A stretch of DNA of 64,000 nucleotides from Eledone cirrhosa (GCA_964016885.1 OZ024762.1:1364001-1428000); one strand, 5' to 3'. Shown: positions 1 to 41,074, counted from the stretch's first letter. Made by a program: numbers and translations. Notes: generated by a model not told the origin, from the sequence alone.

Positions 1-3000
1 GGCCAAGAAACTTGACAAAGAAAACCTCCCACAGCATGGCACCAAAGAACGACACGTGCAGCTGTTTAGTCACCTTTTTGCTCATAAAAGCAGCTTGTCT
101 CTCATTGAATCTGATGTGTAGGTGGAACTTTCCATATTATTCAACTAAACTAATCCCCACGCACCCATCCCACCAAAGCCCCCAGCCCACACTATAAAGT
201 GTGGCATCAGCACTCCCACTTTTACAGGATGTACTGGGTGCTTTTTGTTATGACACCAGCACTATCACCTTACTGGGCAGACTGGGTGCGTTTTGTTGTG
301 GCACCTGCACTACCACATTGCAAGAGGGGCCCCAGCACTGCCACATTACTGGGTGCTTTTGTTGTGGCCCCATCACAACTACATTACTGGGTGCCTTTTG
401 TTGTGGCCTCAGCACTACCACATTACAAGTGGGGTGGGGGTGGGTGTTTTTTGTCAGTTACAATAATATCGAATCCCTTTCTTCCATCAGGTTCAAGAGC
501 TGCAATGTTCACCCTTCTATCATCCAGCTTGGGCTTTTATATTCACGAGGTTTAATATGTGGCTCAAACGCCCGTTGTATCAGCTTATTGCGAGCATTTC
601 AACAGGTAAGTGTTACCTTTGATATTTGTACTCTTGTCTCCATCTCCTGTACTCTCTGGAGGAATTCAGACACCAGATTGTTAGGATAATACATTTAACC
701 CTTTACCATTTACATTACTCTATATATACTATTGTATTTTCATAGTAAAGGCTTTATCTCACATAATACCTCACATAACATTTACATTACTCTATATATA
801 CTATTGTATTTTCATAGTAAAGGCTTTACCTCATAGAAAAAATCTGAAAATTAATAAGGGGGTGAGGGTTGATTATTGAAGACCTGAGAGTAGGCCGTGT
901 CTTTCATTAGAAATATGGTAATGAAAGGGTTAATGACATAGACAGTCTTTCATTAGAAATATGGTAATGAAAGGGTTAATGACATAGACAGTCTTTCATT
1001 AGAAATATGGTAATGAAAAGAGGCACATGGCTTAGTGGTTAGAGCATTGGGCTTGCAATCGAAAGGTTGGGAGTTCAATTCTCACACCAGGTGATGTGTT
1101 GTTTCCTTGAGCAAGACACTTTATTTCACATTGCTCCAGTTTACTCAGCTGTAGAAATGAGATGATAGGGACTGGGGTCCTTATCATTCCACTGCAAAGT
1201 GGTCGTGGAGGTGCCATGGCAAAATAGCACCCAGCCCACACTGTAAAGTGGATGTGTAGGTGCCACAGAAAAAAAAAGCACCCAGCACTCACTGTAAATG
1301 AGGTTGGTGTTAGAAAGGGCATCCAGCTGTAGAAATCAAGCCAGAATCAGTTCCCGTCCCACCCTTGCAAGCAGGGAAAAGCGGACGTAAAATGATGATG
1401 ATGATGATGAAAGGGTTAATGACATAGGCAGTGTCTTTCTTTAGAAATATGGTAATGAAAGGGTTAATGACATAGACAGTCTTTCATTAGAAATATGGTA
1501 ATGAAAGGGTTAATGACATAGACAGTCTTTCATTAGAAATATGGTAATGAAAGGGTTAAAGTTTTTTCCCCTCTACCTTTGCAGATTATTTATGAATATA
1601 CGACGCCACCACAGAAGGAATTAAGTCGAGATCTCGAGTACAAAATCAGACATAGCATCAAGTGAGATATTTTTATGTCCTTTTTTTCCTCTTCTCCCTC
1701 TTTCTCTCTCTCTATACATCACCACCACCACCATTATCATCATCATCTTACGTCTGCTTTCCCCCTTCTCTTCTCTCGCTTTATATATCATCATCATCAC
1801 TGTTTAACATCTATTTTTCCTTGCTTGCATGGGTTAGACAGGCCTAGCCATTTTGGCTGGGAGTTTTACAGCCAGATGCCCTAACACCAACCACATATGT
1901 ATGTATCTTTTTCTATCGTTATAGCTTTTTGAATACCTGCCGCCATCTTTCAGTGAGTATGAGGAACGCCATTCGATCTTTGAAGAGAAATATTTCACTC
2001 ATCACTCCTGACACTGATGAAGCAGTTGTAAGTATTTTATAGAAATAATAGTTTGGTTCCACTTACCATAGATATAATAGTATAGTAGTACATAGTATAG
2101 ATATAATAGTGTAGTACTATATAGTAGTATATAGTATAGATATAATAGTGTAGTATTATATAGTATAGATATAATAGTGTAGTACTATATAGTAGTACAT
2201 AGTATAGATATAATAGTGTAGTATTATATAGTATAGATATAATAGTGTAGTATTATATAGTAGTATATAGTATAGTAGTACATAGTATAGTATTATATAG
2301 TATAGTACTATATAGTAGGGTGGCGAGGACTCTTAAGTCCGGTAAGACAACTTATTTTGTGCTGGTGGCACAAACAAAGCACCCAGTCCACTCTGTAAAG
2401 TGGTTGGTAGGGCAGCCAGCCAAAATTATGAAAAAAAGGTATGGTACTATATAGTTTAAATATAATAGTATAGTACGACATAGTATGGTACTATATATAA
2501 TAGTATAGTACATACAACAATCTGAAGCCAGTGAAGGACATATATTGAGTGGTTAACCCTTTAGTTACCAACCCAGCCAACACCAGCTCTGGTTCTATGA
2601 AATAAAGTCACCCATTTTAAAGGTTTCCAATTTAAATTAAAATCTTCCAACATAATTTTATATAAGAACCTTACATTAAGTTACTATCTTAGTAATGAAA
2701 TAATTAATAATTTTAGTAAATTACTCCAAATTCTTCATTAGTTAATTAAAAGAGTGTATTTCATTAGAAATGCAGTCATGAACGGCTTAAACACTAAAAA
2801 ACGTGACCTTGTATGTGTTCTAACTTTGCCTTTAATCCTTCCAAAGTTGATAAAATAAAGTCCCAGTTAACTTAATCATATATTTTCCTTCTTACCCTCA
2901 TCCCCACCAAATTACTGGTATTTATCATATATATTTGCTGTTTATTTGTAGGCTAAACATGACTTGCTGAATTTTATTAGCGGATATATCAAAGAGAAAT

Positions 3001-4300
3001 TGTATTTAGCGGCAGAAGCTATATTTTCTAAAGCTGAGGAAAAGATAGAAGACGATGATGTCATCATTGTATACTCAGGGTAAGTACGGCAATGTTATTA
3101 TTGCGACGGCAGTGGAATCGGTAGAGCGTCGGGCAACATGCTTCATGGCATAGAGTTACGGCCTTTTGCGTTCTGAGTTAAAATCCCGCCGAGGTTCGAT
3201 AAAATAAAGTACCAGTAATGCACTGGGGTCGATCTAATCAACTTTCCCCTCCCCCCCAAATTGCTGGCCTTGTGCCTAAATCAGAAACCATTATTATTTT
3301 TACTATGGCGGTGGATTGGCAGTATCGGTAGAGGGTCGGACGCCATGCTTAGCAGCACAGAGTTATGGCCCTTTACATCCTGAGTTCAGATCCTGCCGAG
3401 GTTAACTTTGCCTTTCATCCTTAAGGGGTCTATAAAATAAAGTACCAGTAATGCACTGGGGTAATTGCTGGCCTTGTGCCAAAAGTAGAAACAATTATTA
3501 TTTTGATAAATTAATAGTTTGCATAAGAGAAACCCTATATTTTCTATATATCCTTTCCTCCATTATACAACAAACAGGTCATCGTTGGTACGTGACATCC
3601 TAATCAATGCTAAGAAACACAACAAAAGATTTAGTGTGATTGTAGTTGATTCCCGGCCTCGAATGGAAGGTAAATCATTTTTATTATTACAAAGTGTAAG
3701 AGGGCGATAGAATCAGTAGAGCGTCGGACACCATACTTTGCAGCATGGTGTTATGGCCCTTTATGTTCTGAGTTCTAATCTCTCCGAAGTTATAACTTTG
3801 CCTTTCATCTTTACGAGGGTTGATAAAATAAAGTACCAGTAATACACTGGGATCGATTTAATTGACTTTCACTTCCCCCTAAAATTGCTGGCCTTGTGTC
3901 TAAAGAAGAAACTTTTATTACTAGGGGTTTCTTTTTTGGTGGTGGTGGTGGTGTGTGTGTGTGGGGGGGGGGGGGAATAGGAGATAGTATCAAATGGGTT
4001 AATGTTTGATTTTTATGTTTAATTTCAATTTTAGGTAGAAAAATGGTGGAAGCTTTGGTCAAAAATGGTGTTGAGTGCTCCTATGTCCTAATCAGTGCCG
4101 TATCTTATGCAATTCAGAAGGTAAACCACATTTTGTTGTCCATCATCTACCATTCCCCCTCCCTCTATCTCTCTCTCTATATATATGATGTCCGAAACAC
4201 CGTAACCACACACTCCCACTCTCACCAAGCATGAAACTAATAATACCATGTAACATTTACTCCTGTGTTTGTTTGTTTTTTGTTTTCTGTTATTTTGAAC

Positions 4301-4335
<35 letters not shown>

Positions 4336-4450
4336 ATGCAAGCATATCTATGTACACACACACACATATATATATATTTACACACACATGTATAGATGTC
4401 TTTGACATCATTTAGCTGTTTTAATGGCTGATCTAACGATGAGTTTTCTC

Positions 4451-4502
<52 letters not shown>

Positions 4503-6264
4503 GTCTCCTGCCTGTTGGTTTTTCCTGTAAAATCTGTCCAGCGATCTTTCCTAAGACATTCTAACCCCATGTCCATAGTATCAGAGCTGTGATCTCTCAA
4601 TTCAGAGAAGTAGCAGCTCTACCTGGAATGACTCTCATCTCCGAGCTACACTCTATCAAGTAACGTTACTCCAAAGACCCTTCAAAGGAACCCCATTCCG
4701 GCCACTTGTATTTGCAGTCATATTCTTTCAGTCATTACCCAATATTCAGGACCCTAGGTAAGGGTTGGCACAAATAGTGAATTGAAGATTGCAAGCTTGG
4801 CTTTTACACCTACCTCCCTTCTGGCTTTTACACCTACCTCCCTTCTGGCTTTTACACCTACCTCCCTTCTGGCTTTTACACCTTCCCCCTTCTGGCTTTT
4901 ACACCTTCCCCCTTCTGGCTTTTACACCTACCCCCCTTCTGGCTTTTACACCTACCTCCCTTCTGGCTTTTACACCTTCCCCCTTCTGGCTTTTACACCT
5001 TCCCCCTTCTGGCTTTTACACCTTCCCCCTTCTGGCTTTTACACCTACCCCCCTTCTGGCTTTTACACCTACCTCCCTTCTGGCTTTTACACCTACCCCC
5101 TTCTGGCTTTTACACCTTACCCCCTTCTGGCTTTTACACCTACCCCCCTTCTGGCTTTTACACCTAACCCCCTTCTGGCTTTTACACCTTCCCTCCTTCT
5201 GGCTTTTACACCTACCCCGCTTCTGGCTTTTACACCTACCCCCCTTCTGGCTTTTACACCTACCCCGCTTCTGGCTTTTACACCTACCCCCCTTCTGGCT
5301 TTTACACCTACCCCGCTTCTGGCTTTTACACCCCCCCCCCTTTTGATTACTGAATGTTGAATTGTTATAAATAAATTTTCCTATATATTTTGTTTTTTCC
5401 TCATTGCAGGCAACTAAAGTCTTCCTTGGTGCCCACGCAGCTCTGGCAAATGGCTACATCATGTCTCGAGCTGGTACCTCGTTGCTGTGTATGATGGCGA
5501 AGGCTTACACAGTGCCTGTCCTCGTCTTCTGCGAGACACACAAGTTCAGTGAACGAGTACAAACCGATTCCTTTGTTTCTAACGAACTGGGTAACTATTT
5601 TTTATTCTCACTCATACTTTGTCGTTTCGGTCATTAGACTGTGGTCATGCTGGAGCACTGTCATTAGACTGTGGTCATGCTGGAGCACTGTCATTAGACT
5701 GTGGTCATGCTGGAGCACTGTCATTAGACTGTGGTCATGCTGGAGCAGTCATTAGACTGTGGTCATGCTGGAGCACTGTCATTAGACTGTGGTCATGCTG
5801 GAGCAGTCATTAGACTGTGGTCATGCTGGAGCACTGTCATTAGAGCGGTCATGCTGGAGCACTGTCATTAGACTGTGGTCATATTATTATAAGGATGAAA
5901 GGTTTGCTTTTTCCCTTTCATCCGTACGGGGGTCAATAAAATAAAGTACCAGTAATACACTGGGGTAATTGCTGGCCTTGTGCCAAAAGTAGAAACAATT
6001 ATTATTATTATTTTTTGTTCTTCCATATTTGTTAATTTTTTCTTTTTCTCTTTCTTTCTGTTTCCAGGTGATCCTAACGACCTGATTCACCTTGACAACC
6101 AACCTGATTGTTTGACTGACTGGAAATCTTACGAATCTCTCACCTTGTTGAATCTTGTTTACGACTTCACACCCCCGGAGCTGGTCACTGTGGTCATTAC
6201 AGAACTGGGCACCATCCCATGTTCCTCCATTCCAGTGGTGTTGAGGGTGCAGCAGGAGACTTAG
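1..6264 (+). CDS. EIF2B4: Translation initiation factor eIF-2B subunit delta, 5'-partial; exons join(<1..117,491..605,1585..1661,1925..2027,2952..3079,3578..3669,4035..4120,5410..5590,6068..6264)
   Basis: Spliced translation gives VQLFSHL...[50 protein letters not shown]...[12 protein letters not shown]...[21 protein letters not shown]...[23 protein letters not shown]...[35 protein letters not shown], matching eIF2B delta. All introns are GT-AG with consistent phases; TAG stop at 6262-6264. Confidence 0.96.
699..835 (+). mobile_element. Truncated TTAA MITE, about 2 units
   Basis: TTAA|CCCTTTACCATTTAC followed by 72-bp units. Confidence 0.65.
1021..1410 (+). mobile_element. tRNA-derived SINE (CORE/V-like middle) with RTE-type 3' tail
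   Basis: tggcttagtggttagagc...gagttcaattc...ccttgagcaagacactt...cccttgcaagcagggaaaagcggacgtaaaa(tga)n. Confidence 0.7.
2557..2790. mobile_element. Second TTAA/CCC-ended MITE family (related copies ~32650-32800, ~54020-54253, end fragment ~53317-53345)
   Basis: TTAA|CCCTTTAGTTACC...ttcattagaaatgcagtcatgaacggc|TTAA; interior shared between copies. Confidence 0.55.
3105..3505 (+). mobile_element. Two tRNA-derived SINE copies with MetaSINE-like core; many further copies in the window
   Basis: A-box-like atcggtagagcg, B-box-like gagttcaaatccc, core gcctttcatcctt..ggggtcgataaaataaagtaccag, tail ttgctggccttgtgcctaaatcagaaacc(att)n. Confidence 0.8.
4795..5335. repeat. ~23-24-bp minisatellite (ccttctggcttttacacctacc)
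   Basis: Visible tandem array in an EIF2B4 intron. Confidence 0.9.
5630..5882. repeat. 30-bp minisatellite (gtcattagactgtggtcatgctggagcact)
   Basis: About 8 tandem units. Confidence 0.9.
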
Positions 6265-7078
6265 GGGGACCCCCCCCCCCCCCACAACCCCTACCCACCC
6301 ACCCTCGCCTATGTTGGTTGTCGTCTGACAATCCTTTACAATCACACCAACCCCCCCTTCCTTCCCCTCTTACCTTCAGTGACTCTACTCCCCTCCTACT
6401 ACCACTACTACTGCTACAACAACAACAACAACAATAGATTAAAAAGCTAAACAAACAAAAAAAGAAATTTAACAAAGAAAAGAAAACAAAAGAAAATAAT
6501 TTGCATTTCTTTATTAATTTCTATAAATTATTTTTGAAATTTCTGCATTTGACCCTAAATTGTTTTTGTGAGTTTGTGTGTGTATATATGTATATATATA
6601 TATATGTGTATATATGTGTATATGGATGTGTATATATATATGTGTATATGGATGTGTGTATATAAATATATATATACACATGTGTATATGTATGTATATA
6701 TATATATACATGTATATATGGATGTGTGTATATATAAATATATATATATACATGTATATAGGGATGTGTGTGTATATATATATATATGTAAAAGGTAAAC
6801 AGAAATAACAACACAATCGGTACAGTATATGGAATATATATATACATAAATATATGGATGTGTGTGTGTATGTACACATGTATATGTATGAGTGTGTATG
6901 CAGTGTATTTGTATGTGTGTATATACATATATATATCCATGTGTATATAGATGTATGTGTGTGTGAGTGTATATATCATCATCATCATCATCATCATCAT
7001 CGTTTGACGTCCATCTTCCGCGCTAGCATGGGTTTGTGTGTGTGAGTGTGTATATATATATATATATGTGTGTGTGTG

Positions 7079-7435
7079 TACTTTCGGATCTCAAGTAATC
7101 GCCATCTCACCCCAAACACTTAATTTTTCAGATTTTTTCCAACCCCCCCTCCTTGGCCCACTAATTAAAGTTTACTAATCTATCCCCAGTGAAATTTTAT
7201 TTTAATTGGTAGCATTCCTGTGACAATTAATTTTCTTTAGACATTAAAAAAACATTACGACATGACCTGAAAAGTACATTTCTAGAAATCCCACACGTTA
7301 TAAAATATATAGGAAGGGTTGGGGTCTCAATATGTAAACTAAACGTCTAATTCTGTTGTTTTTTTAAAATCCACAGAGACTATTGATAAAAATTACTGAT
7401 TTTCCAACCCCCCATCTTTTATTTGGGACCCGAGA
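7079..7435. mobile_element. Putative DNA-transposon MITE (related ends at ~840-893 and ~53640-53823)
   Basis: Ends tactttcggatctcaagtaa / ttatttgggacccgaga resemble ...ttattggagacctgagagta elsewhere in the window. Confidence 0.4.
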
Positions 7436-7589
7436 TTGTGTGTATGTATATATGTGTGTGTGTGTGTGTATATATGTATGTATGTGTTATTTTTTATACA
7501 AAGAAGGACAGCTGCCATGATTTTTTAAACTTGCAAGCCTGAGAAAATCTTAATGTTCCCACATTTTAGTTGTCTCTGATAACACAGGG

Positions 7590-7830
7590 ATATTGTGTAC
7601 CTATTGTAAACCTGATATATACAATGATACACTACCTATCGTAAACCAGGTCTACACGGGGATACAGTGTACCTATTGTAAACCAGGTCTACACAGGGAT
7701 ACAGTGTACCTATTGTAAACCAGATATACACAGCGATAGAGTGTACCTATTGTAAACCAGGTATACACAGGGATACAGTGTACCTATTGTAAAAATGGTA
7801 CATACAGGGATACAGTGTACCTATTGGTTG
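7590..7830. repeat. ~35-bp minisatellite (tacacagggatacagtgtacctattgtaaaccagg)
   Basis: Visible tandem units. Confidence 0.8.
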
Positions 7831-9042
7831 GCCCTTTCAGCTGTGTCAGACATTACAAACCCCATAGTGTTGGTGATAGGAAGGGCTTCCCGAGAAACAC
7901 ATGCCAAAGAAAGGGGTTGGAAAGGCTCTGAAGCTATACCATAGACATCACGACTCTTGTGTTGGTACCACAATAAAATCAACTCTAGTACTGGACAGAC
8001 CCTTTTTTTTATATCTACCTCGAAAGGATGAAAAGTATGATTGGTTGACCTCGGCGTGGTTTGACCTCAAAGAGCAAAGATCCACAACTAATACTACAAA
8101 GCATTCTATCTGGTGTTCTAACGACCTTGTCAATTCAGCTGTCCAGAGATATTTACAAATAAATATAAACCTGTTCGATATGATAAATACTTCAAATATT
8201 GTTGGTCATGTAGGCGTCGCAACAAATAGCACCCAGCCCACACTGTAAAGGGGTCGTGTAGGCGTCGCAACAAATAGCACCCAGCCCACACTGTAAAGGG
8301 GTCATGTAGGCGTCGCAATAAATAACACCCAGCCCACACTAAATGCGATAGGCACTAGGAAGGGCATCCAGCTGTAGAAACCAAACCGAAATCGGTTTTG
8401 TATAAGCATAACATGGTCACCTGACCTAACATTGTTCACAACAGGATAACTCGTCTAGCCCATACCAGCATGGAAAAATGGACATTAAATGGGGAAGAAA
8501 TGTGAAGTCTGTTTTTTTTTTCAGGTAAGCCTGTCTAATTTAATTTAAAAAAACAATTTTTATCCCAGAATCCCAGAAAAGGTTGTCTAAAATGTTCTAA
8601 TTCAAGAATCTCCACAGGGCTCCCATCCCCAAATATTTCCACTTTATTATTGTCTACTCCCGTTTCTTTTCTATATTCTCATTAATAATTTGTTTCTTTT
8701 TGAACATCGTAAATCCTATTTATTATTATTTGGCAGTAATCGGAGAATGTGCTTTGCGTCACAGAGTTATGGCTCTTTACATTCTGAGGTTATAAGCTTT
8801 GTCTTTCATCCTTACCAGGCGGGGGTCAATAAAATAAAGTACCTGTCACGTACTGGGTCGATTTAATCGACTTTCCCCTCTCCTCTCAAATTGCTGGCCT
8901 TGTGCCGAAATCAGAAACCATTATAACTTTGCCTTTCATCCTTACGGGGTCGATAAAATAAAGTACCAGTAATACACTGGGTTATTGCTGGCCTTGTGCC
9001 AAAAGTAGAAACAATTATTATAATTATAAAATTGTGTTTATA

Positions 9043-9077
<35 letters not shown>

Positions 9078-9247
9078 CTAAGAAGTGTTACGTGAAGTTA
9101 GTTACTATATATATATATAGAGAGAGAGAGCTACATATTGAGCTTGCTTATCGAGAAATTCTAAACATATTTGATGTTTTGATTAATTATGTGTGTGTGT
9201 ATATATATGTGTTTATGTATATGTACATGTGTATATATATATATGTG

Positions 9248-9279
<32 letters not shown>

Positions 9280-9407
9280 CACCATTTTACTAGATTCCAA
9301 ATTAACATGTTTTAAAAAAGCAGCCAGTCTTTATTAAATTATGTGTCTCCACGGACATCAATGTAATTATAGAGGGGGGGGGGGCCTTAGTGATAAGTGT
9401 TAATGGA

Positions 9408-9418
9408 GCGCATGCGCA
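9408..9418. promoter_or_regulatory. NRF1-type palindrome GCGCATGCGCA, candidate promoter element upstream of TTC39C
   Basis: Exact GCGCATGCGC in otherwise CpG-poor DNA between EIF2B4 and TTC39C; function not shown. Confidence 0.3.
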
Positions 9419-9959
9419 GAGCATCTAGTTTAATTTAATGGGGAGTGATGGAAGGAGGATCAACAGCTGCAAAGAGATGGAGGGAGGGAGGAAAAGAAAG
9501 GTTAAAATTAGCATAGAGAGGGAGGGAAAGAAATGATAATGTTGGCATAGAGAGGGTGTTTGTGACAGCGATAGAAATGAACTAAGCATGGCATAGAGAG
9601 AAAGGTAAGGAAGAGAGGCTAAAATTAGTACAGAGGTGGGAGGGGTATTATTATAGAAAGAGATTCACAGACGGCGGTGTTAGAGAAAAACATACTGATA
9701 TTGAGAGGAAATGGGCTGATTGCTATAGAGAGGGGGAAAGAAGAGGAGGAGTAGGCGTTATTAGAGAGAAAGAAAGGAACATAGTGTGACAGTGACGACA
9801 CTCCTCCCACTTTCCCTCACTCTCACCATCATCATCATCATCAACAACTGCCGTACTATTATCACCAGTAAAACAATGACGGAAGCCACAACCATCATTT
9901 ATAGTTACATAAAATAACCGACCAGCCACCATATAATTATCTGCCACAGATAACATGGA

Positions 9960-11900
9960 GATGGATTGGCATCAGAATCGGTAGAGCATCGCACAAAAGG
10001 CTTTATAGTTTTAGTATAGCATTTATAGAAATTATGGCTCTTTACGTTCTCAGTTTCAAATCCCACCCAGGTTTATATAAGCTTTGCTTTTCACCCTTGC
10101 GAGGGTCTATGACATAAAGTACCAGTCATACATTGGGGTCGATTTAAATGTCTTTCCCCTTCCTCCAAAATTGTTGGCCTTGTGCCTAAATCAGAAACCA
10201 ATATTACCCACCAAGGTCAGCTTTACCTTTCATCCTTACGGGGTCGATAAAATAAAGTACCAGTAATGAACTGGTTCGATTTAATTGACTTTCCCCTTTC
10301 GCCAAAATGGTTGGCTTTGTACCTCCATTATTACCCACCGAGGTTAACTTTGCCTTTCACCTTTACGAGGCTAGGGGTCAATAAATTAAAGTACCTGTAA
10401 CACACTGGGGAATCGATAATCGATATAATCAATTTTCCTCGCCTTCCATTCCTTTCAAATTGTTACCATTGTTATTATTATCTGCCGCAGATGATATGGT
10501 GATGGACTGGCAGTAGAATCGGTAGAGTTTCCAACAAAAGGCTTTATATATAGCATTTATATAATAATTGTTGCTACTTTTGGCACAAGGCCAGCAATTA
10601 TCCGAGTACATTACTGGTACTTTATTTTATCAACCCTGTAAGGATGAAAGGCAAAGTTAACCCCGGCGGGATTTGAACTCAGACCCTAAAAGGCCGGAAC
10701 TCTATGCTGCAAAGCATGACGTCCGAATCTCTACCGATACCGCCAATCCACCACCCTTTATATAATAATTACGGCTCTGTAGTTTCTGAGTTCGAATCCC
10801 ACCGAGGTTATAAGCTTTGCCATTCATCCTTACGAGACAGGGATAGATAAAGTAAAGTACCAGTAATGCACTGGGTTGATTTCTGAGTTCGAATCTCTAC
10901 GACGTTATAGTTTTGCCTTTCATTCTTACGAGGGTCGATAAAATAAAGTACCAGTAACACACTGAGGTCGATTTAATCAACCTTCCTCTGCTCTACCCGC
11001 CAAAATGGTTGGCCTTGTGCCTAAATCAGAAAACCTCACACTCGGACACATTCACTCTGTTTTCTTAATGTATAAATCCTTTGTGGTTTATAAAGAGATC
11101 AGAAATCACCATTAACTATCATTAGAATCGGTAGAGCGACGGAAAACATGCTTAGCGCCATAGAGTTATGGCCCTTTGTGTTCTGAGGTCAGCTTTGCCA
11201 TTCATCCTTACAGGGTCGATAAAATAAAGTACCAGTAATACACTGGGATCAATTTAATTCACTTTCCCCTGCACTACCCCTCAATGTTTGACCGTGTGCC
11301 TAATCGGTAGAGCGTAGGACACCATGCTTTGCAGCATAGAGTTACGGCCCTTTGTTCAAATCCCGCCAAGGTTAGCTTTGCCTTTCATCCTTTACAGGGT
11401 AGACAAAATAAAGTACCAGTAATGCACTGGGTGGGTTTTAACTTGACTTTCCCCCTCTTCCTTTCAAATTGTTAGTTTTGTGTCTCGGCAGTATCGGTAG
11501 AAGGTCGGACGCCATGCTTTGCAGCATAGAGTTACGGCCCTTTACGTTCTGAGTTCAAATCCCACCGAGGTTAACTTTGTCTTTCATCCTTACAAGGGGT
11601 CCATAAAATAAAGTACCAGTAATGTACTGTGATATCGATATTATCGATTTTCCTCGACTTCCTTTCCTTTCAAATTGCTGGCCTTAAACCATTGTTGTTG
11701 TTATTGCCAGAGATATCATGGTGATAGACTGGCAGTAGAATCGGTAGAGTTTCCAATCCCGCCGATGTCAACGTTACCTTTTACCCTTACGAAGAGGTTG
11801 ATAAAATATAGTACCAGTAATACACCGGGGTTCGATATAATCGACTCCTCCCGTTACCTCACTCCCTCCCCCTCTTGCTTTCCTTGTGCCAAAATATAGA
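9960..11900. mobile_element. Dense cluster of about 10 full or partial copies of the same tRNA-SINE (mostly +, one - at ~10560-10755)
   Basis: Repeated core gataaaataaagtaccagtaatacactggg. Confidence 0.8.
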
Positions 11901-11922
11901 CAAGAATCATTACCACAGATAA

Positions 11923-12525
11923 CTACTACTACTACTACAACTACTACTACTACTACCACTACCACAATTACTACTACCGCTACTACTACTACCACCTGCA
12001 CTACTACTACTACAACTACTACAACTACCTCCATCACCACCATCATCCCCCCCCACCATCACCACCATCACCAACACCATCATCATCACCACCACCACCA
12101 TCACCAACACCATCACCACCACCACCAGCACCAACACCATCACCACCACCACCAGCACCATCACCACCACCACCAGCACCAGCACCACCACGACACCAAC
12201 ACCACCACCATCACCACCACCACCACCATCACCACCAACACCACCACCGCACCAACACCACCACCACCACCATCATCACCATCACCACCAACACCACCAC
12301 CACACCACCACCACCGCCACCATCACCACCACCACCACACCAACACCACCACCACCACCACCACCAACTCCAACACCACCACCACCACCACCACCAACAC
12401 TACCACCACCACCACCACCACACCACCACCAACACCACCAACACCACCACCACACCAACACCACCACCACCACCATCATCACCACCACCACCACACCAAC
12501 ACCACCAACTCCAACACCACCATCA
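11923..12525. repeat. (ACT)n/(CAC)n compound microsatellite
   Basis: Low-complexity tract; source of poly-T/H/P ORFs. Confidence 0.9.
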
Positions 12526-13887
12526 TCTCCAATAATGAACAGCAGCTGCAGTAACAGTAAGAGACGGAAGGGAATGGTAAGAGTAGAAACAGCTGTGAAG
12601 GTGGGTGGCTGAGGGAGAGGTGCTTACGTAAGAAAAGGGGGAGGAGAAGCAGCAGCGGCCAGAACTGGAGACAAACGAAGGAGGAGGATGTAGAACTGAA
12701 GACAAAGAAGAGTGAGGGGTGAGAAGCTGAAGCGAGAACTAAAGTCAAAGAGAGAGGAATGAAGCAGGGGAGGAGAAGCATAACTTCAGAAAGAGTGGGA
12801 CGAGAAGAACTAAAGTCTAAGAGAGAGGAATGAAGAAGGGAGGGGAAGTATAAGAAGCAGAACTGAAGGCTGTGAGAGAGAGAGAGTCTAAGAGAAAGAG
12901 AGGAGGAGAAAGGAAGAAGAATAAGCGGAGAAGAAGTAGAGGAGCGAAAGTGATAGATAGAGAGAGAGAAAAAGTCTTAGACGAAGAAGGGGAGGAGAAG
13001 TAAATAAGCGGAATTGGAGCCTGAGAGAGAGAGAGAGAGTCTGAGACGAACTGAGAGGGTGCGAGAGAGTGTCTTAAAGGAAGTGAGAGGGGGAGATAGA
13101 GAGTCTGAGACTAAGTGAGAGGGTGTAGGAGAAAGTGAAAGAGTTTTAAAGGAAGTGAGAGAGTCTGAGACTAAGTGAGAGGGTGTGTGAGTGAGAGAGA
13201 GCGCGAGAAAGAGAGGGAATAAAATTGGTTTTATTTTTTGTAATAAGCAGGAGAGAGAGGAAGACATTGTCGTCAGAGAGAAGTAATAAAGAGAAGAAGA
13301 ATATATTTCCTTCAACGGCCGCGACGACCACCTTAGATAATTCTGTTACATTTTCCTCTACATCTACCTAATTTACAGGTGTTAGTGGTAGACAACACAT
13401 CACACACACACACACATATATATATACACATATATATACGTGTGTATATATATGACTGTATAGATGTAAATGTATGTATATGTGTATATATATATGTGTG
13501 TATATGTATACACAGTTGGCAAACTGGTAGACGACACATTACAGATTGCTGTGGATATTTCGACACTATAACCATCACCAACATCACCATCAACCACCAC
13601 TATAATATATAACATAGTATATATATATAACATAACATAATATATACATACATATATATACATAACATAATATATATGACATAATATATATACCATAATA
13701 TATACACATACATATATGTATATATAACATAACATTATATATATTATATATATACAGTATATGTATATATGTATGTATATATAATATAACATAACATTAT
13801 ATTATATATAAAAATATATATATATGTTTGTATATATATAATATAACATAACATTATATATATATGTATGTATATATATAATATAAC

Positions 13888-13949
<62 letters not shown>

Positions 13950-14161
13950 GTGCTCATTACATCTATTTCACTTGTAGCACCATCCACTAGACGTGGTGGG
14001 TAAGTAAAGTTGTAAATCCTCTGGGGTGGGTGCCCTTTCTCTCTCTCTCTCTCTCTCTGTGGGGGTGTGTACTGTGCTGTGGGTGTGTGTTTTCTTCTGC
14101 TGCTACTGTTAACCCCTTCCCTGGCCCTCGGGCTACAGGGGATCCGGGTTCAAACGGAGTT

Positions 14162-40325
<26,164 letters not shown>

Positions 40326-40425
40326 ACGTGGGGGGCCATGGTTGGATTGCTATATGTTGTATGGCTGGCTGTTATAGAACTGGTCTAGATTGAAGTCTGG
40401 ACAATCACCACCACTACTACTACTG

Positions 40426-40458
<33 letters not shown>

Positions 40459-41036
40459 TTACTACTACTGATACTAGCTCTACTACTACTACTACTGCTG
40501 CTGCTGCTACTACTACTACCACCACCACCACTTCAATTACTACAACTACCATTACCACCACTACCACCACTACTACCAGTACTACCACCACCAGCACTAC
40601 TACCAGTACTACCACCACCACCACCACCACCACCACTACTACTACTACCACCACCACCACCACTACTACTAGTACTACCACCAGCACCACCACATTGAAG
40701 TGGGGTGGGGGTCTACGATAACCTCCACCCACCCCTCTTCTAGTCAGCCACACATTAACACAATGTACCAAAGGGGGGAGGGAGGTCCTGTAAAGAAGCC
40801 AGTTTTTATTATCATTATTAATATTGAGGGCAGCAGTAATCAGTAGAGCATCGGGGACACCATGCTTCGTGGCATAGAGTTACATCCCTTTATGATCCGA
40901 GTTCAAATCTCATCAAGGTTAGCTTTGCTGTTCATCCTTTCGAAGTCGATAAAATAAAGTACCAGTAATACACTGGGGTTGATTTAATCAACTTTCCCCA
41001 CCCCCAAATTGCTGGCCTTGTGCCTAACGTAGAAAC

Positions 41037-41074
<38 letters not shown>

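Noticed and set aside
1021-1090. tRNA gene (also ~24230-24295, ~26130-26215, ~47785-47855)
   Set aside because: A/B boxes are present but there is no full cloverleaf, and most continue into SINE body sequence.
11886-12554. Poly-Thr/His protein ORF
   Set aside because: Trinucleotide microsatellite with no splice or homology support.
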